A DNA stretch of 64,000 nucleotides, taken from the NCBI GenBank assembly GCA_964016885.1, contig OZ024745.1, forward strand, positions 108,376,001-108,440,000, in the 5' to 3' direction. The notes under the pieces are model-generated. The model was not told where the DNA came from and searched no databases. It saw only the letters and a list, made by a program, of their open reading frames with translations. Positions 53,353 through 64,000 of the stretch are shown piece by piece. Source of the stretch: Eledone cirrhosa. Taxonomy: Eukaryota. Both the position numbers and the translations under genes were made by a program. Within the stretch, counting starts at the first letter, position 1. Each line of letters starts with the position of its first letter.

Positions 53353-53682
53353 AGGTCGATAAAATAAAGTACCAGTACATTACTGGTACTTTATTTTATC
53401 GACCTCTGTATGGATGAAAGGCAAAGTTAACCTCGGCGGGTTTTGAACTCAGATCGTAAAGGGACGTAACTATGCTGTAAAGCATGTCCGACCCTCTACC
53501 GAAACTGCCAATAATAATTGTTTCTATTTTTGGCACAAGACCAGCATTTATTCCAGTGCGTGACTGGTACTTTATTTTATCGACCCCGTAAGGATGAAAG
53601 GTAAAGTTAACCACGGCGGGATTTGAACTCAGATCATAAAGGGCCGTAACTCTATGCTTCAAAGCATGTTGTCCGACTCCCA
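53353..53682 (-). mobile_element. Tandem pair of SINE S2 copies with a terminal inverted duplication, inserted in the PLE arm
   Basis: Absent from the left arm. Two S2 bodies (about 53381-53512 and 53513-53680) plus a hairpin at 53353-53405. Confidence 0.88.
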
Positions 53683-54005
53683 TACCCAGTTTCTATATTC
53701 TAGACCTATAATATTTGTAATATTAGCACATACACCTCATCAATTTATTTATTTATTTTTTAGCCGTTAGTTTACAGCTGTTTTCGTTTTTTGACAGCGT
53801 TCCCGATCAAAACTCTCCCCTCTCTTTCTCTTTCGCTCTCCTCTTTCTTTCTTTCTTTTTCCTCTCTTCTATTTCTTTTTACTTTTTCCTTCTTCTTTCC
53901 TTTTCTTCATTTTTCCTATTTTTTCTCTTCTCTTATATTTTTGTCATATGTAGACAGGACACTTTCTTGTTCACAAGTGTTTTTAGGCCTCATATCATGT
54001 TACCT

Positions 54006-54076
54006 TATTTTATCTGATGAGAAAACAATTTTTTGTCCCAGGATGATATTGTTTTCGAAATGCGCATAATAAAATA
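54006..54076 (+). ncRNA. Type I hammerhead ribozyme in the inverted pLTR
   Basis: TATTTTAT-CTGATGA-GAAAACAAT...ATTGTTTTC-GAAA-TGCGCA-TA-ATAAAATA: 8-bp stem I, 9-bp stem II and a palindromic stem III. Confidence 0.92.
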
Positions 54077-54109
54077 TATGGAACTTTTTTAACCATCTTT
54101 TAATTTCTT

Positions 54110-54197
<88 letters not shown>

Positions 54198-54499
54198 TTA
54201 TATTTCATTTCTGAATTTGTTTACCAAGATTCTTTATCTGAAAACGTGTGTTGAAATCGATATTGTAATAATTTGGGAGGGTCATGTTGCCAATAAGAAA
54301 CACACGCACCATTTGTTTCACTTCAATTTATTATAATAAATTTAGGAATTTACAAATTTCCGGTTGGTTGGTTCCACAGATGATTGTTTATATATTGTCA
54401 AAGTTCTTTCGTCACACATTCTGTGACCCCTTCAGTGACTGGGGATTCTTTTCTCTGTTTTTGTGCCTCTCCGTTGTTCTGTCCTATGCCATCTTGTTT

Positions 54500-56855
54500 T
54501 TGTGTGGGCTGGGTGCTTTTTTGCAGTGGCACCTCCACGACCACTTTGTAGTGGGAGGGTGTGGGGCATATTGTCTATATGCTTCAGCTTCGGCTTGTAC
54601 CTGTGGGGCGGGGGGGGGGGGGTTGGATCTTCTGTATTACTGCATGATGCCAGAGGTCACGGTCGTGAGAGGTGTAATTGGGTAAGCTCGGCGTTTATCA
54701 GTTCATCCCAGGTCTTCTTGGGTCTCCCCACTCCGCGGTTTCCATTGCCTTCTAGTGCTCTGCACCTTTTTATGCAGCTATATACGTTCGCGTATATGAC
54801 TATTACACATCCATCGGGGCATGCAGACTTCGTTTCTTTCTAATCTACGCAAGTCTTCCACAGGCAGCGCCCAGGGCTCACTACCATGTAACATTGCTGT
54901 TCGTATACACTCATCATACAGTCTGCCTTTCATTTTGAGGGAAAAGCCTTTTGCAGCTAGCAGTGGCAGTAGCTCCCTGAACTTCTTCCATCCCGTTCTT
55001 ACCCTAGTTATTGTACTTTCCGAACACCCATCTCTGCTGCTAATTCGGTCACCTAGGTAGCAGAAGCTGTCTACTGTTTCTACAGAGCCTTCCCAGAGTT
55101 TGGTGGTACTTGTTTCCTGTGGGTGTTTGCTGCTTGTTGTCCCAGCACAGTTGCTACATGTGAAGCCTACATTCTTAGTTAAGCTTCCTGAGATCCCGCT
55201 ACATCTCTTGTGTAGCCATTGTTTGCATTTGGGGCAGAGAATACAGTTCCTACCTACACCTTTCCTACAAACTGAGCAAGGCCATTTCCCTGAGGGGATC
55301 TGCGTTCTGTTTTCTCCTCTACTTACAAGGACCTTAGTCTTTGTCAGGTTGACTTTGAGACCTTATCTTTCTAGTCCCTGCTTCCAAGTTTGGAATTTCT
55401 TCTCTAGTTCTACCATAGATTCAGCTATAAGTGCAAGGTCATCTGCATGCAGGAGTTCCCATGGGCATCCGGTCTTAAACTCCTCTGTTATTGCCTGCAG
55501 AACTATGATGAACAGGAGAGGGCTAAGAACAGAACCCTGGTGGATAGCAACCTGTACGCTAAATTCCTCGCTATAGTCATTGTTAATCCTAACTTTGTTA
55601 ACTGCTCCCCTATACATGGCTTATTCAGCTTTCACAAGCCATTCATCTACTCCCAGTTTTCTAAGAGTCCACCAGATTATAGCACGGGGAACTCTGTCAA
55701 AGGCTTTCTCGAGATCGACGAATGTCAGGTAGAGCAGCTTACTTTTAGCTAGGTACTTTTCCTGTAACTGCCTCACAAAGAAGAGACCATCAGTAGTGCC
55801 TCTTCCTGGCACAAACCCAAATTGCATCCCATCTAGTTTCACCCGGTCCCTAATCAACTGTGCTATAACTCTTTCTGTTACTTTCATGACCTGGTCCATC
55901 AGCTTTATACCTCTATAGTTTCCTCTATCTAGTACATTTCCTTTGCCTTTGTAGCAGTTGACAATGATGCTACTGCACCAATCCTTGGGTATGACACCTT
56001 CTAGTATTACCTGGTTAACAATACGTGTGGTTATGGTGTGACCTACCGACCGAGATGCCTTCAGCATCTCGGCAGCTATACTCGATGGACCGGTTGCTTT
56101 CCCTGTCTTCATATCTTTGATTGCCTTACTTACTACGCTGCTGCTGACATGTACTGCTGGCCCCTCTATAGGGTCTACTTGGGGTAGGGTCTCTTCTTCC
56201 CATGAATTCTCTCCAATGACATCACAATTCTCTCTAACACACTGCCTCGCAATCTTGAACACCTCCTGTTTCTGGTCCTAACGTTGCAAGACATGCTTGA
56301 ATTTTCTATCCTCCGCTTCCCTTCTAGCTAAGTATACTTGTCACCTAGCTTCCCCCCTGGTCTCTATGTAATTTACCCTGCTTCCCCCGTTCTTCCAGTC
56401 TTTCCATGCGTGTCTCTTGGCCTTAACTGCCTCATCTACCTTATTGTTCCACCACCAAGTCACTCTCCTCTTGCACGTGGTCTTATTCCAGCCACAGATC
56501 TCATCCGTCGCCTTTAGTAAGTTATTTTTTAGGAACTCCCAGTACTCTTCTACACTGAACATCTCTATCTGTTCTTCTTTGCTGTCATAGGCGTTGAGTA
56601 AAATATCTTTAAATCTGTTACTGGCTGAGGGGTCTTTCAGCTGCCACATCTTTCTTCTCCAGGTTGGCTTCTGTTTCCAGGTTCGTCTAGTTCTGACCGT
56701 GAGGTCGCTGACAACTAAATTAAGTTGGGAGGTACATTCCTCACTAGGGAAGACTTTTGTGTTTACGACCGTCCATCAGTCACGTCCTCTGATGAGGATA
56801 AAATCTAACAGACTAGAATGGTCCCCTGATCTATAGATGATCAGATGGTTGTCGG
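54500..56855 (-). mobile_element. RTE-A LINE with internal deletions and stops, including the end of the APE domain
   Basis: Collinear with 4420-6590 and extends to YRSGDHSSLLDFIL. The 5' end abuts (TA)n. Confidence 0.94.
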
Positions 56856-56881
56856 ATATATATATATATATATATATATAT

Positions 56882-57337
56882 AAATGAAAGTATAGAAATT
56901 ATAACTGATTATACAGAGCGGTTGCCGGTCAGGCAGAAATTGAAAATTAGAATTGGTGCTCTGAAATAGCGATATATATATGAATGTATATATAGTGTAT
57001 TTTGCAATACACTGTATGCTTAATTAAAAGCATTTTGAAGACGTTACGCTATTGTTTTGGAGTAGTGACAGTCTCACTTACTTTTCAGCAAACAGTATAA
57101 TCAGTTCCTGATTATTACTAGAATTCTATAAGAATCAAACATTCATGATTTTCAGCAAACAGATGGAGTACTTGACTTTGATAAGTACCAATCAGTACGA
57201 AACAGAGCTCTGTTAGCTTTATCTCCCTGTTTGCTGAAAATTTAAAGTAAGTGAGACTGTCACTACTCTAAAACAATAGCGTAAGGTCTTGCTTTTAATT
57301 AAGCATACAGTGTATTGCAAAATACACTATATATACA

Positions 57338-57342
<5 letters not shown>
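56882..57342. mobile_element. Fold-back element family F2, second copy
   Basis: Arms are about 56980-57094 and 57227-57342. Homologous to 9822-10185. Confidence 0.85.
57174..57218 (+). ncRNA. Hammerhead with U3-A8 core
   Basis: gact-TTGATAA-GTAC caatca GTAC-GAAA-CAGAGCTCTG-TT-agct. Confidence 0.75.
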
Positions 57343-57406
<64 letters not shown>

Positions 57407-57825
57407 GATATAGATATAGATATATTTATATATATATATATTTATATTCAAAACAACAAACAGCGAAAGACACATTCCGGACTTGTCTGACAGACAACCT
57501 TTTCCCCCACCCCGGAAAAAAAAAACCCAGTTGATGGATGTGAATCCGAAATATATAGGGACTATTAAATCTCTCCCAAGGTAACTCTCTCTTGTGTTGC
57601 TATTTTTATTTTTATCCTTTATACTCTTCCCTTCATTCTACACATCTCACACATCTTATACACACCACGCATCTCAACGTACACCCACTTACATCTCTCT
57701 CTCCACCACCGAACCTTGTTACCTGGAGATTTACCCATTTGCATTGTCGAGGCTTCCAAACGACTTAAAGATATTTACTTATTGTTCTACAATGCTTCAA
57801 GCAAACTTCAATACTCTCATATATT

Positions 57826-57856
<31 letters not shown>

Positions 57857-57858
57857 AC

Positions 57859-57924
<66 letters not shown>

Positions 57925-57933
57925 GTATATATA

Positions 57934-59210
57934 CAGGGTTGGGCATAATTCCTGTTACAAAGTTTTAAATCAATTTAAAAATACATTATGTTGCTAATAT
58001 AACTAATATATTTGTATCAAATCCATGCACTATAACCATGTTAACTATTTTTCAGAACATTACGCCATTAACAATTTGCAATGTCCATAGAATTGAAAAG
58101 AAATTTCATAATAGAGAAGCATGAAAAAGGCCTGAAATTGGGGAAAACTCTTAAGATCAATAGAATGTTGATCAAAAGGACAATCAATCGATTTAAGGAA
58201 ACTTCCTCGACCAAAGACAGACCTCGATCCGGACGCCCTCACACCTCAAGAACACTAATACTCGTTAAAAGTGTGAGGGAAAAAATAAGGCGTAATCCAA
58301 GAAGGTCCATGAGAAAAATGGCAGAAGAAGCAGAAACATCGCCGAGAACTATGTGGAGCATATGTCGAGATGATCTGGGGATGTCACCCTATAAGTTCCA
58401 AAAGAGGCAGCTTCTTTCTGCAACCACAATTGAAAAGAGGCTCTCCATAAGTAAACTGTTATTGAACCGTATCAAGGATGGCACGCTGCAAAACATCATC
58501 TTTACAGATGAGAAGTTATTCACTGTGCAGCAGTCTCACAATCATCAAAATGATCGAGTACTTGCAAAAAGTCTCAAATCAATTCCTTCAAGTGTAGGAA
58601 AAGTGTTCAGAACACAGAAACCAGCATCAGTGATGGTTTGGGCAGCCATTTCTGAAAGAGGGAAGTCTCCACTGAGCTTTGTGCCCCAAGGAGTTAAAAA
58701 TAACAAAGAACTTTACATAAAGGATATTTTGGAAGGAGCACTGATGCCATGGAGCACATCTGTTTATGGCGATGACATTTGGACTCTCCAACAAGATGGA
58801 GCGACGAGCCACACTGCTAGCGTAACACAACAGAGATGTAGAGACCTGCATGGATCAGTAAGGAAGAGTGGCCTCCCACATCACCAGATCTCAACCCTCT
58901 CGATTTTTCCTTATGGTCAATTCTTGAGAGTGAAGCCTGCTCTACTCCTAGCCAAAATATTGAAACTCTAAAATCAAAACTGAATAAAGTATGGGAGAAA
59001 ATACCCATGGAAACTGTTCGTGCAGCCATCAAAAACTTTCCAAGAAGACTTCGAGCAGTAGAGAGCTTGAGGAAAGCATTTCGAATAAATTTTTGTGCAG
59101 TTGTTTAATACTATATTACATACTATTTGTTGAAGTCAGATCTTGAAATAAATGTTTTTTTCAAAAACTATTTGCATTTTATTTTGTAACAGTTTTTATG
59201 CCCCACCCTG
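57934..59210 (+). mobile_element. Near full-length Tc1/mariner (DD37D/maT-like) transposon
   Basis: TA|cagggttgggcataattcctgttacaaa...tttgtaacagtttttatgccccaccctg|TA. Confidence 0.95.
58081..59088 (+). pseudogene. Transposase with a frameshift near 58850
   Basis: RPRSGRP, IIFTDEK and QQDGATSH, then in another frame WISKEEWPPTSPDLNPLDFSLW. Confidence 0.92.
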
Positions 59211-59326
59211 TATATACATTTATATATATATATACATATATATACATATATATATATACATATATATACACATATATATATACATATATATAATATATAT
59301 ACATATATATATACATATATATATAC

Positions 59327-59404
<78 letters not shown>

Positions 59405-59596
59405 TCTTTTGTAGAGTTTTTTCGGAATGTTTTTGACTGCTGTTTCTTGTAAATAGACATTCGTCTCATTCTGACGTCACCAGCCATGTCTCTCCATGTG
59501 TTTTTATTTTCATAATTCCGTACGAGGTGAACTAGCCTGCTTTTAAATTCCCTTTTTGGCATATTTTGTCAGTGGCACTTTTGGTTATCGCCTTGA

Positions 59597-59677
59597 GCTC
59601 TACTGAGGAACGACTCCAACAGTGACTAATCCCACTGAAAAGTTTCGTGAAATAGTCTTTTTAAGACTATATATAGC
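59597..59677 (+). ncRNA. Type I hammerhead with a full stem III
   Basis: gctcta-CTGAGGA-ACGA...CAGTG actaatcc CACTG...TCGT-GAAA-TAGTCTT ttt AAGACTA-TA-tatagc. Confidence 0.88.
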
Positions 59678-59952
59678 ATTTGTAGTTTTTCCAAATTGAA
59701 GGATGAGTATTTAAACTTTATTTTATTCTGAGTTAAGACTCTATTGGTTTTTCCCTGGATTTCACAAAATCTGTGGATAAAATCTCTGTCTTGATTTTGT
59801 TTTTGAATTGAGTTTGAATTATTTTCCCATATCTTACGTTAATTATTTTTCATTTTGACGTTATAGTCACTTATATATTATGAAATACCGTTGGCTTCTT
59901 GCGCACATTAATTTCTCTATTTTCATTTATATATATACATATATATATATAT

Positions 59953-59983
<31 letters not shown>

Positions 59984-60051
59984 CATACATATATATATAT
60001 ATATATACATATATATACATATATATATATATATACATATATATATACATA

Positions 60052-60094
<43 letters not shown>

Positions 60095-60097
<3 letters not shown>

Positions 60098-60285
60098 TGG
60101 AGAATAACATGGGATAGGCTGTACACTAGGTTTTATTGCCAAGTATTAACAAACGTTTCATTGGTATAGTGTGTCTAAAAACCGCTATCCGCAGTGTGCC
60201 GCGTCACTCGATTTTAATTACAGTTTACACCAACCAAATACTTGGAATGAACCTTACTGTATAGCCAATGTGTTATTCTTCACTC
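60095..60285. repeat. Degenerate fold-back next to (TA)n
   Basis: gagtggagaataacat..ggct.tacac.aggtt..ccaagtatt pairs with aatacttgg..aacctt.ctgtatagcc.atgtgttattcttcactc. Confidence 0.65.
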
Positions 60286-60808
60286 CTTTATAATTAAGAC
60301 TCCAGGAACTGCCTACCTAGGAACTGTCTGGAATCAGCCACCCGTACACAACAACTAAGTAAACATCTTGTTGAGTCAAACAATGCCGAATGTTAGAATT
60401 ATCTTCGATACAGAGTACTTATAACCTCTATTTGGATTGCCTTAAACAACACCTCGTTAACCCAGGCTAGCGTGGAAGATGGATGTTAAACGAAGATGAT
60501 GATGATGATGATGATGATGATGATACATATATATATACACACACATATATCATCATCATCTTTGATTAATGTCCATCTTCCATGCTAGCATGGGTTAGGT
60601 GGGTCCCATTTAGAGGCAAGTTGGGTCGGGTGACCGTGTCTTGCTCATATAGGGGTGTTTCTGGATGGTTTTCTATGGCTGGATGATGCCCTTCCTAATG
60701 CCAACCACATTGACAGTGTGGGCTGAGTGCTTTTTGCCGTGTCTTTTACACGTCCAATTTACATATATATATATTTATATATATATGTATACACAATATA
60801 TATATCAT

Positions 60809-61159
60809 ATCATCATCATCATCATCATCATTTCATTTTACGTCCACTTTTTCCCTGCTTGCAAGGGTGGGACGGGAACTGATTCTGGCTTCATTTCTAC
60901 AGCTGGATGCCCTTCCTAACACCAACCTCATTTACAGTGTGTGCTGGGTGCTTTTTTGCCGTGGCACCACCACGACCACTTTACAGTGGAATGATAGGGA
61001 CCTCAGTCCTTATCATCTCATTTCTACAGCTGAGTAAACTGGAGCAATGTGAAATAAAGTGTCTTGCTCAAGGAAACAACACATCACCCGGTCTGAGAAT
61101 TGAACTCACAACCTTTCGATTGCAAGCCCAATGCTCTCACCACTAAGCCATGTGCCTCC
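60809..61159 (-). mobile_element. SINE family S1, full length
   Basis: As the other S1 copies. The head abuts (TA)n. Confidence 0.9.
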
Positions 61160-62323
61160 ATATATATATATATATATATATATAAATTGAGAGAGAGAAT
61201 TTGAGGTGCTGAGATGAAGGCCATTAACTTGCAGACCCCTGCAAGCGGAATTAGTTGATCTCGGATTTACAGAAACCTAGCGTGGATGTTGTATGTTATA
61301 TGTGATGTATATTGTATGCTATACGTTATGCGTTATGTGTTGCATTCGATGTCCACGTTATGGTCCAGGTCAGTCAAAATCTTTTCCTGAGTTCAGTTTT
61401 TTTCGTTGCTATGGCAATGCGGTTGGACTGTCGGTCGCTATATTTGATTTGCAAAGCTGTCTAAACGTATTGTTATAACTCTGGGGTATTATTCTCCATC
61501 GAGTGCTAAGCTGCATTCCGAATCTGCATTCGTTAGCTTAGCCGCAGCCAAAAGCTTCGTTAATGCTGTACTAAAATTTATATATATATCATCATCATCA
61601 TCATCATATATATATATATATATACAATTGAGTCAGCAGGGTTGCTGACTACCAGCCAATGAGCCAACAGTTCATATCGTGTTTTCATTGCTTTTGGCAT
61701 CTATATTTTGTTGTTGCTTATGTTGCTGTTGAATAGACCCAGGTCAGTCTTGATTCAATTTCAAGATGTTAGTCTTTGATTTGACATAAAATTGGCTTCT
61801 ATTTCTAGCATGTCAGGAGGCAATCTTTGCTGTTTAACTCTAGTTCAGCTTTGATAAAAGTAATTCTAGCTATAATCATCCAATCTTTTTGTATATCTCA
61901 AAATACATTGACTAATAGGAGAATTTGATTTGAGTGATTTTTGGCTGCTTTTTCTAGCAGCTCAAGCAAACATTTTGAGGGTTTTCCCCATTGGCATGTC
62001 TGCAATATTTAATTTTTTTCATGCTAGCTAGATAACAAAGAAAAGGCTTTGATCCAGGCAAATACAAAACCAACACAGAACATTGTATATAGTTATCAAG
62101 GTTAAGAATATAGTTCAGTGCTTTCACAACCCAGTTAATGCCTCTCTTTCTGAAGATGTTAAAATGCTGAGCCCATCCCCTTTTTAACAATTGAGCTAGC
62201 AATATTAATATATCTTCTCACTCTGCTAACCACAAGAGTCATTAAAATGTATGCTTGACAGTTTGATGAAAAGGTTTTTCCAGTTTTCTATTATGAAAAG
62301 GCATGCATAAATGAAGAACTATA

Positions 62324-62359
<36 letters not shown>

Positions 62360-62363
62360 TAAA

Positions 62364-62655
<292 letters not shown>

Positions 62656-62695
62656 ATATATATGTTTGAGTGGGTGTATGTGTATATCTCTCTCT

Positions 62696-62747
<52 letters not shown>

Positions 62748-63220
62748 GTGCTGATATGATGATTAGATATAAATATATTAATATAACATCATCATTTTAC
62801 ATCTATTTTTCCATGCTTGCATCAGTTGGATAAATTCTTTCCAGTACAGTGTCCCTCCACTTGCTTCTTTTTTGGCCTCAGATTTGCTTTCCTTGGCCTA
62901 TTTCAACATCTCTTCCATGGAATTGTATACATCAATGGTTGGCAACTAGGTGTCCAAGAGAAAAGTTTGGTGGTCCACATAAAAAATTTGGACATTATTT
63001 GTAATTTTTATATTTTATTAATAATAAAACAAAAATAATATTCAGTTAAAATATAATTTATGACACCCCTAAAAAATGTTTCTCCTCAGTAAAGAACTAA
63101 CATCCATGAAATAATTTTACACATATGTGTCATCTATTGACAATATGACATACGTACGCTTCAGTATTGTTTAATAAAATGGAAGTTCTCTGATCATTAT
63201 TTTACAAATGTATTACAAAT

Positions 63221-63393
63221 GGCGGTGGATTGGCAGTATCGGTAGAGGGTCGGACGCCATGCTTTCCAGCATAGTTACGTCCCTTTACGATCTGAGTTCA
63301 AATCCCGCCGAGGTTGACTTTGCCTTTCATCCTTACGGGGTCGATAAAATAAAGTACCAGTAATGCACTGGGTAATTGCTAGCCTTGTGCCTA
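63221..63393 (+). mobile_element. SINE family S2 with flanking duplications
   Basis: Near-identical to 8971-9140, with attattttacaaatgtatt on both sides. Confidence 0.9.
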
Positions 63394-63439
63394 TTATTTT
63401 ACAAATGTATTTTTACAAATGTATTATGAATTTAGTGGT

Positions 63440-64000
63440 TCATGAGGTCTGAAAGGTTGGTGACAGCTAATATATACTGTGTGTCTATAGCAGTGCACAC
63501 TATATATGATTCCTCTTCTACTCAGTTTTTCTCTCAAGTCATCTGTGTTTCGTCATTTGTGCACACTAGCATTACATATCCAATGGACGATATTCAATTT
63601 CTTTCTAACCTTCACAAATCCTCTGCATTCAATTTTTATGCAGCATAATATCTCATACACAGATATCATATAATGTATGCTTTGTTCGGAGAGAGAATAC
63701 CTTTATTGCCATCAGCAGTAGAACCTCCCAGAACTTTTTGACCCTGTTCTTGACCCTGTTCTTATTTTAGTTACAATGCTTCCAGAGCACCCTCCTCCAC
63801 TGTTTATTAAGTCACCTAGGTAACAGAAGCTATCAACTACTTCTATGGAGGCTTCCCCTGATTGGAAAGAATTTATATCACAGATTCTCTTACTGATAGC
63901 TATCCCTGTGTAGCTGCCACAGAAAATATCTTTACTGTTATCTGGCCAGTGATATTGCTACACCTCTTGTGTACCCATAGCTTACAATGGATACATTGAA
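63440..64000 (-). mobile_element. Old RTE relic running off the window
   Basis: Reverse complement gives QCIHCKLWVHKRCS... and VVDSFCYLGD. Confidence 0.75.

Larger units (their letters stand above)
51240..54120 (-). mobile_element. Penelope-like element 2 with an inverted pseudo-LTR of about 800 bp, inserted in (TA)n
   Basis: Arms are about 51321-52119 and 53043-54120, the right arm interrupted by SINEs. A GIY-YIG ORF lies between them, with a hammerhead in each arm. Confidence 0.94.

Overview
This is AT-rich, microsatellite-dense animal genomic DNA. Its SINE/RTE repertoire suggests an octopod cephalopod (inference). I cannot support any host gene exon, and most ORF-track entries are translations of (TA)n, (CA)n or (CATA)n repeats. 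The recognisable content is mobile DNA: RTE-clade LINEs whose RT carries an embedded C4HC3 PHD-like finger, two GIY-YIG Penelope-like elements (PLEs) with long inverted arms, two DD37D (maT-type) Tc1/mariner elements, TTAA-flanked piggyBac-type MITEs, tRNA-headed SINEs, and CRE, CR1/L2 and Helitron-like relics. The main hidden structure is a population of about ten unrelated families of short, non-coding fold-back or tandem elements inserted in (TA)n tracts. Most carry a type I hammerhead ribozyme (CUGANGA-stem II-GAAA-palindromic stem III-NUH), including compensatory U3-A8 core variants and a tandem dimer, and several share a 3' tail motif. They look like a PLE-mobilised, retrozyme-like ribozyme system. 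All pairings and coordinates were read by eye, element boundaries are approximate to a few bases, and no database search was run.
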